A stretch of 64,000 bases of DNA from an uncultured delta proteobacterium (GTDB lineage Bacteria > Desulfobacterota > RBG-13-43-22), in assembly GCA_963843145.1 (NCBI GenBank), contig CAWJJC010000020.1, positions 32,001 through 96,000 on the forward strand, given 5' to 3'. The notes under the pieces were generated by a model. It was not told the origin of the DNA, did not search any database, and saw only the letters and a program-made list of their open reading frames with translations. Shown piece by piece: positions 37,637 to 47,827 of this stretch. Position 1 is the stretch's first letter. Every line of letters begins with the position of its first letter. Position numbers and translations under genes: made by a program.

Positions 37637-38038
37637 ATGGCGGACATTATTTCCCTTGACGAGCGTCTGAAGGAACAGCGGGACAAACAGCTTTCCGATC
37701 AGAAAAAGAAACGGCGGACTTCCCTGCGGATGGTCATGGAGTGCAGCAACTGCCCACGGAAATGCGCCAAATGCGGATCTCAGTTAGAAGCGCCTGAACC
37801 GCGGATCTTATCTCCCGAACTGCCCCTGCGCCTCTGCGGGGGTTGCTGGGAGGAGTACCGGATCTACCAGCGATTCATTCAGGGGCAGTCGGTCCCGCAG
37901 GATTTGGAGAACTACCAGAGCCCGGCCTGGATGGAGGTCTGGAAATCCTGGGTGGATTACCAGACCAATCTGCACCGCTACCGGAATTCCCTGGAATTCA
38001 AGAGGTTAATGGTGGAGCTTTCCAAAGAGGAAGAGTAA
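37637..38038 (+). CDS. Hypothetical Cys-rich protein
   Basis: MADIISLD, CSNC..KCAKCG, LCGGC; 2 bp after hemA. Confidence 0.75.
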   Translation: MADIISLDERLKEQRDKQLSDQKKKRRTSLRMVMECSNCPRKCAKCGSQLEAPEPRILSPELPLRLCGGCWEEYRIYQRFIQGQSVPQDLENYQSPAWMEVWKSWVDYQTNLHRYRNSLEFKRLMVELSKEEE

Positions 38039-38112
38039 AGGAATAGTTAACGCTTCGAACTGTTGGGTTAGGTCCCCCTCCCCCATTTGATATGGCCCGA
38101 TTTTCAGACTAC

Positions 38113-38190
38113 GTTGAACGTCCAACATTGAAATAAAAACAAAGCTCCATTAAAGATTCGATGTTGGAAGTTCGATGTTCGACGTTCAAC
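38113..38190. repeat. Heptamer-based palindrome (GTTCGAT-type)
   Basis: gttgaacgtccaacattgaa...ttcgatgttggaagttcgatgttcgacgttcaac. Confidence 0.7.
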
Positions 38191-38233
38191 TTTTCAGCAA
38201 CCTTCCACAGTCCATCCAGCGGAAATACCACCG

Positions 38234-38659
38234 TTAGAAGGGTATATCATCCTCCGGAAACGGCCCTCCCCCCCCTTCCTCGCGGGGACCGGGTGCGGAA
38301 AAATCCCGTCCGGACGTGGCCTTTTCCCCCGCCGGGCCCAGCATCTGCATGACCTGCGCGTTTATTTCGGTGGTATAGCGTTTATTCCCTTCCTTGTCCT
38401 CCCAACTGCGGGTCTGCAACCGGCCTTCGATATAGACCTGCTTGCCTTTGGACAGGTATTCCCCGCAGATTTCCCCTAGGCGGGCCCAGGCCACGATGCG
38501 GTGCCATTCGGTCCGTTCTTCCTTGTTCCCGTCCTTACCGGTCCAATTCTCTTTGGTAGCCAGGTTGAACCGGGCGATGGCCGTTCCGCTGGCGGTATAA
38601 CGCAGTTCCGGGTCGGCTCCGAGGTTGCCGATTAAAATGACTTTATTGACCGATGCCAT
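38234..38659 (-). CDS. ssb: Single-stranded DNA-binding protein
   Basis: [32 protein letters not shown]-terminal DDIPF. Confidence 0.98.
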   Translation of the reverse strand: MASVNKVILIGNLGADPELRYTASGTAIARFNLATKENWTGKDGNKEERTEWHRIVAWARLGEICGEYLSKGKQVYIEGRLQTRSWEDKEGNKRYTTEINAQVMQMLGPAGEKATSGRDFSAPGPREEGGGGPFPEDDIPF

Positions 38660-38754
38660 AAATCTCCCCTTCCCAATCCTTATTGGAGTTCAATCAAACA
38701 GAACTATTTCTAACATAAGTGGGCGGGAAAGGGCAAGTGCTGATGACGGGCTGG

Positions 38755-38925
38755 TGTTAATACGAAGATAGAATCTATGACCTGGGAAAAGGCCAATAAT
38801 CAATAATCGATAATCAATTGATAATGAACAATTGTTTATCGATTATTCATATCATGCGGTTAGGAAGTTGTCTCGCCCCTTTTCTTTTCATGCTTCACGG
38901 GTGCCCGCCGCGGGTTTGGGGATGG
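38755..38925. repeat. Composite repeat (AT-rich heptamer block + GC box), family E
   Basis: aataatcaataatcgataatcaattgataatgaacaattg and ttttcatgcttcacgggtgcccgccgcggg; inverted matches at 43730-43851. Confidence 0.7.
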
Positions 38926-39084
38926 AAAATTCCCCCAGGTTAGTAGAAAAGGGGGAAGGGTGAGATCCTTAATTGACTCCGGGCGGGCAATGGATTATGA
39001 TTCCGGCAAATCAAAAACTTAGTCTGAATTAGGCTTTTATAGAAAATCCAAAGGCAGACGGAAATCGGAGTACAAAGGGCGGGC

Positions 39085-39810
39085 ATGTCCATTGCCAGTG
39101 TGTTGTTTTTCCCCATTTTTATTGTGCTGACCATCGGCTTCAGCCTGGCGGCCATCCTGGCCGCCCTGTTGGATTCCAGCGGAAATCGGGCCCACCGGGT
39201 GGGCGCCCTCTGGGGTACGTGGCTCCTTTTTTTCTCCGGGGTGCGGGCGCGAATCACCTATCTGGAACCCTTGCCCTCCGGTGAGGCCTATATTTTTGCC
39301 GCCAACCACCAGAGTGCTTTCGATATTCTCGCCCTGCTCTCGAAGCTGAAAGTCCAGTTTCGCTGGCTGGCCAAAGAAAGCTTGTTTAAAACCCCCTTTA
39401 TGGGCTGGGCCATGACCCGGGTCGGGTATATCCCCATCAACCGCTCCAACCCGAAATCGGCATATCGCAGCCTCCTATTGGCCGCTAAAAAAGTGGAAAA
39501 CGGGACCTCAGTGCTGATCTTCCCCGAGGGGACCCGTCAGGAACCCAATCAATTAGGAGAATTCAAAAAAGGGGGGTTTATCCTGGCGGTCAAGTCCGGG
39601 CGGCCCCTGGTCCCGATCAGCATCAGCGGCAGCGCCTCCGTCCTCCCTAAACATAGTTTCTCCCTCAAACCCGGATCGATTGACATCGTGGTCGGAAAAC
39701 CGATATCCACAGCGGGGATTTCGGCCAAAACGGTGGAACCGCTGATGGAGCAGGTCCGGGCCGCCATCCAACAACAGTACCGCCCAATCCACAGGAGGGC
39801 CCGCCCATGA
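39085..39810 (+). CDS. plsC: 1-acyl-sn-glycerol-3-phosphate acyltransferase
   Basis: NHQSAFD, AKESLF, IFPEGTR, FKKGGF. Confidence 0.92.
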   Translation: MSIASVLFFPIFIVLTIGFSLAAILAALLDSSGNRAHRVGALWGTWLLFFSGVRARITYLEPLPSGEAYIFAANHQSAFDILALLSKLKVQFRWLAKESLFKTPFMGWAMTRVGYIPINRSNPKSAYRSLLLAAKKVENGTSVLIFPEGTRQEPNQLGEFKKGGFILAVKSGRPLVPISISGSASVLPKHSFSLKPGSIDIVVGKPISTAGISAKTVEPLMEQVRAAIQQQYRPIHRRARP

Positions 39811-41483
39811 CGTCCGTTCTTCAAATCCCGGATAGCGAACCCGTGCTGGAAATCATCCCCCTGGGGGGACTGGGGGAGATCGGACTCAATATGCTCCTCT
39901 TCAAGTATGGAGAAGAGATTCTGGTCATCGATGCCGGGTTGATGTTTCCGGAAGACTATATGCTGGGCATCGACATCGTCATTCCGGATTTCAGCTTTCT
40001 TTTAAGGCACAAAGACCAAGTCCGGGCCGTGATCCTGACCCACGGCCATGAAGACCATATCGGAGCGCTGCCCTTCCTGTTGCGGGAACTCTCGGCCCCG
40101 GTGTACGGTTCCCGCTTTACCCTGGAGTTACTTCGGGAGAAATTGAAAGAACATCAACTCTCCGGGCAGACGGACCTGCGCTTGGTCGCGCCCAAAGAAA
40201 TCCTGGAGCTGGGTTCGTTTAAAATAGAATTTATCCGAGTCGCCCACAGCATCCCGGACGGGATGGGGTTAGCCATTCAAACCCCCCTGGGGACATTCAT
40301 CCATTCCGGGGATTTCAAGATCGACCAGACCGGAGGCGTCTCCGACCTCAACACCCTGGCCGTTTACGGGGCCCGGGGTGTTCTGGCCCTGCTTTCGGAT
40401 TCCACCAACGTGGAACGGGAAGGCTATACCGTCCCGGAAAAGCGAATCGGCGAGAGCCTGGATCAAATCATGCGAAAATGCGAAGGCCGGGTGATGGTAG
40501 CCGTCTTCGCCTCCAATATCTACCGGATCCAGCAGGTGGTGGACTCGGCCGTGCGTTGCGGCCGTCAGGTGGCTTTCAACGGCAAGAGCATGATCACCAA
40601 CTGCCGGATCGCCCGGGAGTTGGGCTACCTGCACCTCCCCCCGGGTCGGGAGATTACCTTGAGCGAGATGGCCCAAACCCCTGATCCCCAGGTGGCCGTC
40701 ATCACCACCGGCAGTCAGGCCGAACCCATGTCCTCCTTGACCCGGATCGCCCGGGATGATCACAAGCAGATCAAAATTAAGAAAGGCGATACGGTCATCC
40801 TTTCCTCTCGCTTCATTCCGGGCAACGAGCGGGCCATTACCGGAATGATCGACAACCTCTACCGCTTTGGGGCCGAGGTAATCTACGAAAGGGTTTCCGA
40901 AATCCACGTCTCCGGCCACGCCCACCAGGAGGAGTTGAAGCTGATGCTCCAACTGACCAAACCCCGCTATTTTCTACCCATCCACGGGGAATACCGCCAC
41001 CTGGTCAAACACGCCCAGTTGGCCCACGAGATCGGTCTCCCTTGGGAAAATCTGTTGGTGGCGGAAAACGGACAGGTCATTCGGTTCGATCGGGAAGGAT
41101 GCCGGTTCAGCGATCCGGTGGAGGTGGGGCGGGTTTTTGTGGACGGCAAAGGAGTGGGCGACGTGGGAGACCTGATCTTACGGGACCGGCGCCATCTATC
41201 GGAAGAGGGACTGGTCGTGGTCCTGATGGTCATGAACAACCAAACCGGCGACCTCCTTTCCGGTCCGGAGATTATCTCCCGGGGGTTTATTTCCGAGGAG
41301 GAATACCCGGAATTGATCCAGGAAGCCAAAAACCGGGTCCTGGAGATCCTGGCCCAGCGGTCGGTGGAAGATCAAAAGAACTGGATGGAAATCCAGAAAG
41401 AAATTCGTAAGACCTTGCAGCGTTTTTTTGTAAAATCTATAGAACGCCGGCCCGTAGTGCTGCCGCTGTTTATTCCCATGTAG
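39807..41483 (+). CDS. rnj: Ribonuclease J
   Basis: PLGGLGEIG, THGHEDHIG, HSIPD, GDFKID, DSTN, HVSGH, PIHGEYRH. Confidence 0.96.
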   Translation: MTSVLQIPDSEPVLEIIPLGGLGEIGLNMLLFKYGEEILVIDAGLMFPEDYMLGIDIVIPDFSFLLRHKDQVRAVILTHGHEDHIGALPFLLRELSAPVYGSRFTLELLREKLKEHQLSGQTDLRLVAPKEILELGSFKIEFIRVAHSIPDGMGLAIQTPLGTFIHSGDFKIDQTGGVSDLNTLAVYGARGVLALLSDSTNVEREGYTVPEKRIGESLDQIMRKCEGRVMVAVFASNIYRIQQVVDSAVRCGRQVAFNGKSMITNCRIARELGYLHLPPGREITLSEMAQTPDPQVAVITTGSQAEPMSSLTRIARDDHKQIKIKKGDTVILSSRFIPGNERAITGMIDNLYRFGAEVIYERVSEIHVSGHAHQEELKLMLQLTKPRYFLPIHGEYRHLVKHAQLAHEIGLPWENLLVAENGQVIRFDREGCRFSDPVEVGRVFVDGKGVGDVGDLILRDRRHLSEEGLVVVLMVMNNQTGDLLSGPEIISRGFISEEEYPELIQEAKNRVLEILAQRSVEDQKNWMEIQKEIRKTLQRFFVKSIERRPVVLPLFIPM

Positions 41484-41499
41484 GTCGCGAACGCCGCCG

Positions 41500-43674
41500 A
41501 TGGCCAAAGATAGCGAACCACGATCCATAAAGCATGAGATTGTAGGACTGGGATTGGCGGCCCTGACGCTCCTCCTGGCCCTGAGCCTTTTCACCCACCA
41601 TCCCGCCGATCCTTCTTTCAGCGCTCCGGAGGCCGGCCGGCAAATTGTTCAAAACTGGACCGGCCGCCTGGGTTCCTATTTTTCGTCCTTCCTGTTTGAA
41701 TACCTGGGCCTGGCCTCTTTCTGGCTGGTCTTCATTCTGGGTCAGTTGACTTTTTTCACTTTTAAAAGGCAGCCCCGCCAGGCCTCCCCGTCCTGGTACG
41801 CCTTGGGATATCTACTGCTGTTGGTCGGTACAGCCGCCATCTTCTCCTGGGATGGGCAAAACTTCCAGTTTTTCGGCTGGAACTTTCAACGGGGAGGGGT
41901 GGTGGGTTATCTGTTTTTTGAGCAGATCAAGCGTTACCTGAACCCGCCGGGGACGAATATTCTGCTGGTAGTGATGCTCCTGGTGGGCCTGATCCTGATC
42001 AGCCGGGTCTCGCTGGCTCGTCTGGCGGAACGGTTCCAACTCGGGCTTTATGCCCAGGTGGGAGCCTGGCGGGACAGCTTTCAGAAGAACCGGGAACGGC
42101 GGCGAAAGGCCAAAGTCCTGACGGCCGGAAAAGAACTGCAAAAAGAAAGGGAATCGAAACCGCCGCTGATCGTCCAGAACCCGGTAGTCAAAGCCCCCCC
42201 GGCCCCGAAGGTCACGACCCAGCAGGAGCAGTTCGTTTTCATGAAGGACCTGGGGGACTATACCCTTCCGCCGCTTTCGCTCCTGGATGACGTGGAAAAG
42301 AATGACCAGCAAATACAGCAGCAGAGCCTGATTATGAATTCACGCCTGCTGGAAAAAAAACTGAAGGACTTCGGCGTGGAGGGGCAGGTTTTGGAGGTTT
42401 CACCCGGACCGGTGATCACCATGTATGAATTTGAACCGGCGCCGGGCGTTAAGATTAGCCGGATCACCGGGCTGGCCGACGACCTGGCCATGGCCATGCG
42501 GGCCGTGAGTATCCGGATCGTAGCCCCTTTGCCGGGGAAGGCGGTGATCGGCATTGAAATCCCCAACGTCCTGCGGGATACGGTGGGCCTGAAGGAAATT
42601 CTGGCCTCTCCGGCCTTCGCCGGTTCCAAATCCAAGCTGACCATCGCCCTGGGGAAGGATATCATGGGAATCCCGGTGGCCAATAATTTAGCCCGCATGC
42701 CCCACCTGATGATCGCCGGGGCCACCGGCACCGGGAAGAGCGTTTGCCTGAACGCCATGATCTGCAGCATTCTGTTCAAGGCCCGACCGGAGGAGGTCCG
42801 TTTTCTGCTCATCGACCCCAAACGGATCGAACTCCTGCCCTTCGAGGGAATCCCTCATCTGCTCCACGAAGTGGTCACCGAACCCAAGATGGCCACCCGG
42901 GTCCTGCGTTGGGCCATCCGGGAGATGGAAGACCGCTATCAGCGCATGGCTGAGAAAGGGGTCCGCAGTATTGACAGCTATAATCAGCGCCTGCTCAAGG
43001 AGAAAAAGGGAACTCCCCAGGGATATCCCGAGGGCTGGCTGCCTTATATCATCGTGGTGATCGATGAATTGGCCGACCTGATGATGGTTTCTTCACGGGA
43101 TGTAGAGGAATACCTGACCCGGCTGGCCCAGATGGCCCGGGCCGCCGGGATCCACTTGCTGATCGCCACTCAGAGGCCCTCCGTGGACGTGCTCACCGGG
43201 ATCATCAAGGCCAATTTTCCCGCCCGGATCTCATTCCAGGTCTCCTCGAAAACGGATTCCCGGACCATCCTGGATACCAACGGGGCCGAGGCCCTCCTGG
43301 GAGCCGGGGATATGCTCTTTCTGCCGCCCGGTGTTTCCAAATTACAGCGCATTCACGGGGCCTATGTATCTGAAACGGAGATCAAACGGCTGACCGATTT
43401 CTTGCGAAACCAGCAGAAGCCGGTGTATGATGATTCCATTCTGGCGGTCGAGGAAAACCTGGGTCCCGAGGAGGAAGAGGCCCTGGATGAGAAATACGAA
43501 GAGGCGGTCCGGTTGGTCAAGGAAACCCGGCAGGTCTCGATTTCCATGATCCAGCGCAAATTACGTATCGGCTATAACCGCGCGGCCCGCCTGGTGGAGA
43601 TCATGGAACGGGAGGGTATTGTCGGCTCGGCGGACGGAGGACGGACCAGAGAGGTATTGGTGAAAAACTTTTAA
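41500..43674 (+). CDS. ftsK: DNA translocase FtsK
   Basis: N-terminal TMs, AGATGTGKS, IDELADLMM, ATQRPSVDV, gamma domain IGYNRAARL. Confidence 0.96.
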   Translation: MAKDSEPRSIKHEIVGLGLAALTLLLALSLFTHHPADPSFSAPEAGRQIVQNWTGRLGSYFSSFLFEYLGLASFWLVFILGQLTFFTFKRQPRQASPSWYALGYLLLLVGTAAIFSWDGQNFQFFGWNFQRGGVVGYLFFEQIKRYLNPPGTNILLVVMLLVGLILISRVSLARLAERFQLGLYAQVGAWRDSFQKNRERRRKAKVLTAGKELQKERESKPPLIVQNPVVKAPPAPKVTTQQEQFVFMKDLGDYTLPPLSLLDDVEKNDQQIQQQSLIMNSRLLEKKLKDFGVEGQVLEVSPGPVITMYEFEPAPGVKISRITGLADDLAMAMRAVSIRIVAPLPGKAVIGIEIPNVLRDTVGLKEILASPAFAGSKSKLTIALGKDIMGIPVANNLARMPHLMIAGATGTGKSVCLNAMICSILFKARPEEVRFLLIDPKRIELLPFEGIPHLLHEVVTEPKMATRVLRWAIREMEDRYQRMAEKGVRSIDSYNQRLLKEKKGTPQGYPEGWLPYIIVVIDELADLMMVSSRDVEEYLTRLAQMARAAGIHLLIATQRPSVDVLTGIIKANFPARISFQVSSKTDSRTILDTNGAEALLGAGDMLFLPPGVSKLQRIHGAYVSETEIKRLTDFLRNQQKPVYDDSILAVEENLGPEEEEALDEKYEEAVRLVKETRQVSISMIQRKLRIGYNRAARLVEIMEREGIVGSADGGRTREVLVKNF

Positions 43675-43940
43675 CCCGGGGCAGGTTCCAGGGGTCAACA
43701 GAAGAACATACATAAGCTTAATTTAATGACATTAATAATCAATAATTAATTGTTCATTATTAACTGTTAATAAATGCTTTGTGGCGCCGAGTTCTATTTT
43801 TCGTATTAAACCCCCATGGCCCGCGGCGGGGCACCCGCGAAGCATGAAAATGTCGAATGTCGAATAACGAATGTTGAAGTAACTAAAAAAAATCACTTCG
43901 AAATTCGATATTCAGCGTTCGGAATTCGAAATTCGTATTT
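43675..43940. repeat. Composite repeat tract (family E blocks + heptamer palindrome)
   Basis: 43675-43783 is an inverted relative of 56528-56640; 43811-43851 inverted relative of 38885-38922; 43847-43940 aatgtcg/aataacg...ttcgaaa heptamer palindrome. Confidence 0.7.
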
Positions 43941-43992
43941 TTTAGTTACATACTAAACAGCCCTATAGGGTGTCAACCGTAAGGAGTACTCC

Positions 43993-44724
43993 ATGGAGAA
44001 AAAAAGAAGCCACAAGGCCATCCTTTCCTTTTTAATTTTAATAACTTTTCCACTAACCTTCTGGGGGGCATTCGATCGAAGCTATGCTCAGGCAGATCCG
44101 GAGCTCCAATCCCTTTTGGAAAAGCTCAAGGACCGCTTCGGACTCATCAAAACTTTGAAGGCCGATTACGTCCGGAATCTGCTTCCCAAGGTATCCAGCG
44201 CGCTGCCCGCTGCGACGATGAAGGCCGAAGGGCGGCTCACCTTTGCCTCACCGAACAAGCTACGTCTGGACCAGAGCCAACCCCGGGCGGAACTGTTGGT
44301 CAGCGATGGGGAAAAAGCCTGGTGGTATATCCCCGGAGAAAAGACGGTCCAGGTTTTTCAAGTGAGCGAGTACGGCCAGACGGTCAAGCCCATCACCGAT
44401 TTTTTCTCCGGTCTGGGCGGTTTGGAGAAACATTTTACTGTCCGCCTGGACAAGACTATTCCTGAAGAGGCGCCTTTTTACGCGCTGGTGCTGCAGCCCA
44501 AAAATCCCCAGCCGGACCTCAACCAGATCCACTTGCGGGTCTCCAAGACCACCCTCCTGCCCCTGGAGTTCACTTTTTACAATATCCTGGGCGACGGAAC
44601 CCGCTTTCGCTTCAGCCAGGTCCAGACAGGGGTCCAAGTCAGCGACTCAGCCTTCCGGTTCACCCCGCCCAAGGGAGTACAAGTCATCACTCCTTCCGTA
44701 GCTATTCCGAAAAATAGCAAATAA
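43993..44724 (+). CDS. lolA: Outer-membrane lipoprotein carrier LolA-like
   Basis: Signal peptide, TLKADY, G...FASPNKLR, LVSDGEKAWWY.P, F.FTPPKGV; follows ftsK. Confidence 0.85.
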   Translation: MEKKRSHKAILSFLILITFPLTFWGAFDRSYAQADPELQSLLEKLKDRFGLIKTLKADYVRNLLPKVSSALPAATMKAEGRLTFASPNKLRLDQSQPRAELLVSDGEKAWWYIPGEKTVQVFQVSEYGQTVKPITDFFSGLGGLEKHFTVRLDKTIPEEAPFYALVLQPKNPQPDLNQIHLRVSKTTLLPLEFTFYNILGDGTRFRFSQVQTGVQVSDSAFRFTPPKGVQVITPSVAIPKNSK

Positions 44725-44836
44725 AAGAACCGAATCCTCGCCTCTTCGTCAGGCAGATCGGATAATTCAAAGGAAAGCGACTTTCCCCACGGGGTCCGGG
44801 GTCAAAGGCGGTTTTGCGGTGAATGGAGCGGGGCGA

Positions 44837-45250
44837 TTATTTTAAGGCTTCCTCAATCCTGACCCCGGTGGCCTTGATTTTTTCCATCTCCCCGGGTTGC
44901 AGATCGTGAGCCCGCATTTCCACCCCGTCGTTTTCCCAGCGGGGAACCAGGTGGACATGGTAATGATCCACGATCTGGTTGGCTGCCCGACCGTTGAGCT
45001 GAAACATGGTCATTCCGTCCGGTTTCAAGGACGCCTTAATAGCCAGGGCCACCTTTTTAACCGTCTTGAAGGCGGCCTGCAGGTCTTTTTCTTCAATGTC
45101 AAAGAGCGTGGCGGCATGCGCTTTCGGAACGATCAGGCAGTGGCCGTCGGACCGGGGATTGATATCCATGAAGGCGATGGTCTGGTCGTCTTCAAAGACT
45201 TTCACACAAGGAATCTGACCGGCAATGATTTTACAGAAGATGCAATCCAT
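44837..45250 (-). CDS. HIT family protein
   Basis: DCIFCKII, AFMDINP, HYHVHLVPR. Confidence 0.95.
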   Translation of the reverse strand: MDCIFCKIIAGQIPCVKVFEDDQTIAFMDINPRSDGHCLIVPKAHAATLFDIEEKDLQAAFKTVKKVALAIKASLKPDGMTMFQLNGRAANQIVDHYHVHLVPRWENDGVEMRAHDLQPGEMEKIKATGVRIEEALK

Positions 45251-45454
45251 GGTTTCAATACTCTCTCTCTGGATTTCGGTAACCGCTCCAGGAATTATTA
45301 TCCGATTGGGGATTATTTATCAATTAGTTATTTTCTTGTCATCCCGAAGGCTTTCAGCCGCTCAGGGTTTATCCGGCCGTCGGTTCCCTGATCCCCGCCA
45401 GCCAATATTGCCATTGACAGAGCAAACCTTTACGATTATATAAATAATATCAGA

Positions 45455-45531
45455 GCGCCCATAGCTCAGCTGGATAGAGTGCCGGACTACGAATCCGTAG
45501 GTCGGGTGTTCGAATCACCCTGGGCGCGCCA
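45455..45531 (+). tRNA. tRNA-Arg (ACG)
   Basis: GCGCCCA/TGGGCGC acceptor, TAGCTCAGCTGGATAGAG D-arm, CTACGAA anticodon loop, GTTCGAATC T-loop, encoded CCA; 77 nt. Confidence 0.95.
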
Positions 45532-45554
45532 TGAATATCAAGGGGTTAGCCGAA

Positions 45555-45740
45555 TCAGGCTAGCTCCTTTTTTTCTTTTGCTACCATTTTGCTACTATTC
45601 TCCTCAAAGATGGTGCTTTCGAGCTTCCTGGCAGCTTCCTGGTTCGACCTTTTGGTATTGTGCATGTAGACATTGAGCGTGGTCATCGGAGTCGAGTGTC
45701 CAAGCTGGGACTGGATGTACTTGATGGTTTCCCCTTGCTC
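45555..45740 (-). pseudogene. Tyrosine integrase C-terminal remnant
   Basis: Startless frame EQGETIKYIQSQLGHSTPMTTLNVYMH...KKELA* with box II LGH..T..Y, pointing at the tRNA 3' end. Confidence 0.8.
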
Positions 45741-46586
45741 CCGGTCACCGGAACATTAATCCTGGTGGGGGACGTCAATCAGCTCCCGTCGGTCGGGCCG
45801 GGGAACGTCCTTAAGGATATTATTGAATCCGAAGTTGCCCCGGTGGTTCAACTTAATGAAATTTTTCGGCAGGCCAAGGAAAGCTCGATTATCGTCAACG
45901 CCCATAAAATCAATCAGGGGGTTATCCCCAATCTCAAACCTCAGTCCGACAAGATTGATGACTTCTATTTTATCGACCAGGAAGACCCCAAGAAAGTTTT
46001 GGAATTGATCATCAGCCTGGTTAAAGACCGAATACCGAAACGGTTTGGGTTAAAAAAGGAGGACGAGATTCAGGTCCTAACTCCCATGCACCGGGGAATC
46101 GTCGGGGCCGGGAACCTTAACGTCGAACTCCAGAAGGCCCTCAATCCGCGGGAGGATGGGGTAGTTCGAGGGGGGAGGACTTATAAAGTCAATGACCGGG
46201 TCATGCAGATAGCCAACAACTACGACAAAGAGGTCTTCAACGGAGACATCGGGCGGATAGTCTCGATTGACGAGGAGGCCCACGAACTCAAAGTCCAGGT
46301 CGATGATCGGGAAATTGCCTAGGACTATTCTGATTTGGATGAATTGGTCCATGCCTACGCAGTCTCGATCCATAAATCCCAAGGGTCGGAGTACCCGGCG
46401 GTCGTTATCCCGATCCTAACCCAGCATTACATCCTCCTCCAGCGAAATTTACTTTATACCGGGGTCACCCGGGGGAAGAAACTTGTCGTTCTCGTTGGGA
46501 CGAAGAAGGCGATGGCCATTGCCGTCAAAAATGACAAGACTGAGAAGAGGTATACCCGGTTGCGGGACCGGTTGGTGGGGCAATAG
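45741..46586 (+). pseudogene. RecD2-like helicase, 5'-truncated, in-frame TAG at 46320-46322
   Basis: LILVGDVNQLPSVGPG, EIFRQA, QVLTPM, VFNGDIG, then after the stop [14 protein letters not shown] and [10 protein letters not shown]; no Walker A region. Confidence 0.85.
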
Positions 46587-46761
46587 CCAACATGTAAGGA
46601 CAAATCCCCTATGTACTGTTCCCAGAATGCTGTATAATTTGGGCCAAAAGGGTTTAGCTCGCCAACGGAATTGGTCTCTGAGACAATCCCTTTCGGCTCG
46701 TGAGCAAGCTTAATCCGGATGCAGAACAAGCGATAAAAAAATAATAGACATTGGGTGGTAT

Positions 46762-46820
46762 CCCCATCAAATGGATCGAGCAGATGCGCCAAGCCAAGCT
46801 CTTTATCAGGGGCGTTAGGT
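46762..46820 (+). other. Degenerate attC-like site
   Basis: Ends GCGTTAGGT (GTTRRRY) just before RBS and ORF; left end cccatcaaatggatcgag resembles a decayed RYYYAAC arm. Confidence 0.4.
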
Positions 46821-46836
46821 GCCATGGAGGTGTGTT

Positions 46837-47094
46837 GTGACCACGAATGAGATCAAAAGATTTCTTCTCTGGTGCGTCGGTCTTAACTACGCGGTTCTAT
46901 TCATCTGGTTCGGCGTCTTTGTCTTTGCCCATGACTGGATGTATGGAATGCATGCCCGTTGGTTCAAGCTCTCGGTTGAGACCTTTGACGCAGTTCATTA
47001 CTCAGGTCTAGCAGTCTACAAGATCGGCATAATCTTGCTTAATTTAGTGCCATTAATCGCACTCTTTTTGGTTTGCCGACGGAGTCGCGTATGA
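46837..47094 (+). CDS. Small membrane protein (DUF6868-like), cassette-like
   Basis: FLLWC.GLNY.VL..WF..F..AHDW.Y..H..WF.LS.E.FD..HY...A.YK.GI...NLVP; RBS ggagg. Confidence 0.75.
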   Translation: MTTNEIKRFLLWCVGLNYAVLFIWFGVFVFAHDWMYGMHARWFKLSVETFDAVHYSGLAVYKIGIILLNLVPLIALFLVCRRSRV

Positions 47095-47161
47095 CATTCA
47101 CCCACTCGTTCAAGGCCGACGCCCCTGATGGGTTGCGGCCTTAACGCGAACTTTGTTAAGG
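47095..47161 (+). other. Degenerate attC-like site
   Basis: cactcgttcaaggccgacgcccc-tgat-gggttgcggccttaac...gttaagg: hairpin with attC-style TTCAAG/CTTAA L-boxes right after the stop. Confidence 0.55.
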
Positions 47162-47260
47162 AAGCTTGGCGTCGTCGCCAATCCACCGTTGTCTTTAGCG
47201 GTGCCTAGCCTAACCGTCGCAGCAATAACAAAATAATTAAGAATGAAAGGACTGACCCAC

Positions 47261-47827
47261 ATGAAAAAATCATTTGGCGCAAAAACCCTCATTTATCCTG
47301 CACCGGTCTGGTGCGTCGGAACCTACGATACCAACGGAAATCCAAACGTGATGACCATTGCCTGGGGCGGTATTTGTTGTTCCAAGCCGCCTTGCGTGAC
47401 CATTTCCCTCCGCAAGGCCACGTTTACCTATGGCAATATCATCGAGAGACAGGCATACACATTGAGCGTTCCGTCTGTCCAATTTGTTCAAGAGGCTGAT
47501 TATTTTGGCATGGTATCGGGCCGGAATGTGAACAAATTCAAGGAGACCCGTCTTACGCCAGTCAAATCTGATTTGGTCGATGCCCCGTATGTAAAGGAAT
47601 TTCCAATGATTTTAGAATGCAAGGTCATTCATCAATACGAGATCGGCTTGCACACACAATTCGTGGGTGAGATTTTAGACGTTAAAATAGAGGAAAGTTT
47701 GCTGGATGATGATGGGAAACCAGATATCGAAAGAATTCGTCCTATTGTCTTTAGCCCAGAAATACAACAATATCATGGTATTGGGAAACTTATTGGGAAA
47801 GCGTTTGAGATCGGAAAAAAACGGTAA
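47261..47827 (+). CDS. Flavin reductase-family protein (flavoredoxin-like)
   Basis: PAPV..VGTYD..G.PNVMT.AWGG, VDAPY..EFP..LECK, HTQFVGEI. Confidence 0.9.
   Translation: MKKSFGAKTLIYPAPVWCVGTYDTNGNPNVMTIAWGGICCSKPPCVTISLRKATFTYGNIIERQAYTLSVPSVQFVQEADYFGMVSGRNVNKFKETRLTPVKSDLVDAPYVKEFPMILECKVIHQYEIGLHTQFVGEILDVKIEESLLDDDGKPDIERIRPIVFSPEIQQYHGIGKLIGKAFEIGKKR

Noticed and set aside
46320-46322. In-frame TAG in recD2 as pyrrolysine or stop-codon readthrough
   Set aside because: The position corresponds to a usual Tyr (one substitution from TAY), the gene is already 5'-truncated, no pyl genes are in the window, and TAG is used as a normal stop elsewhere.
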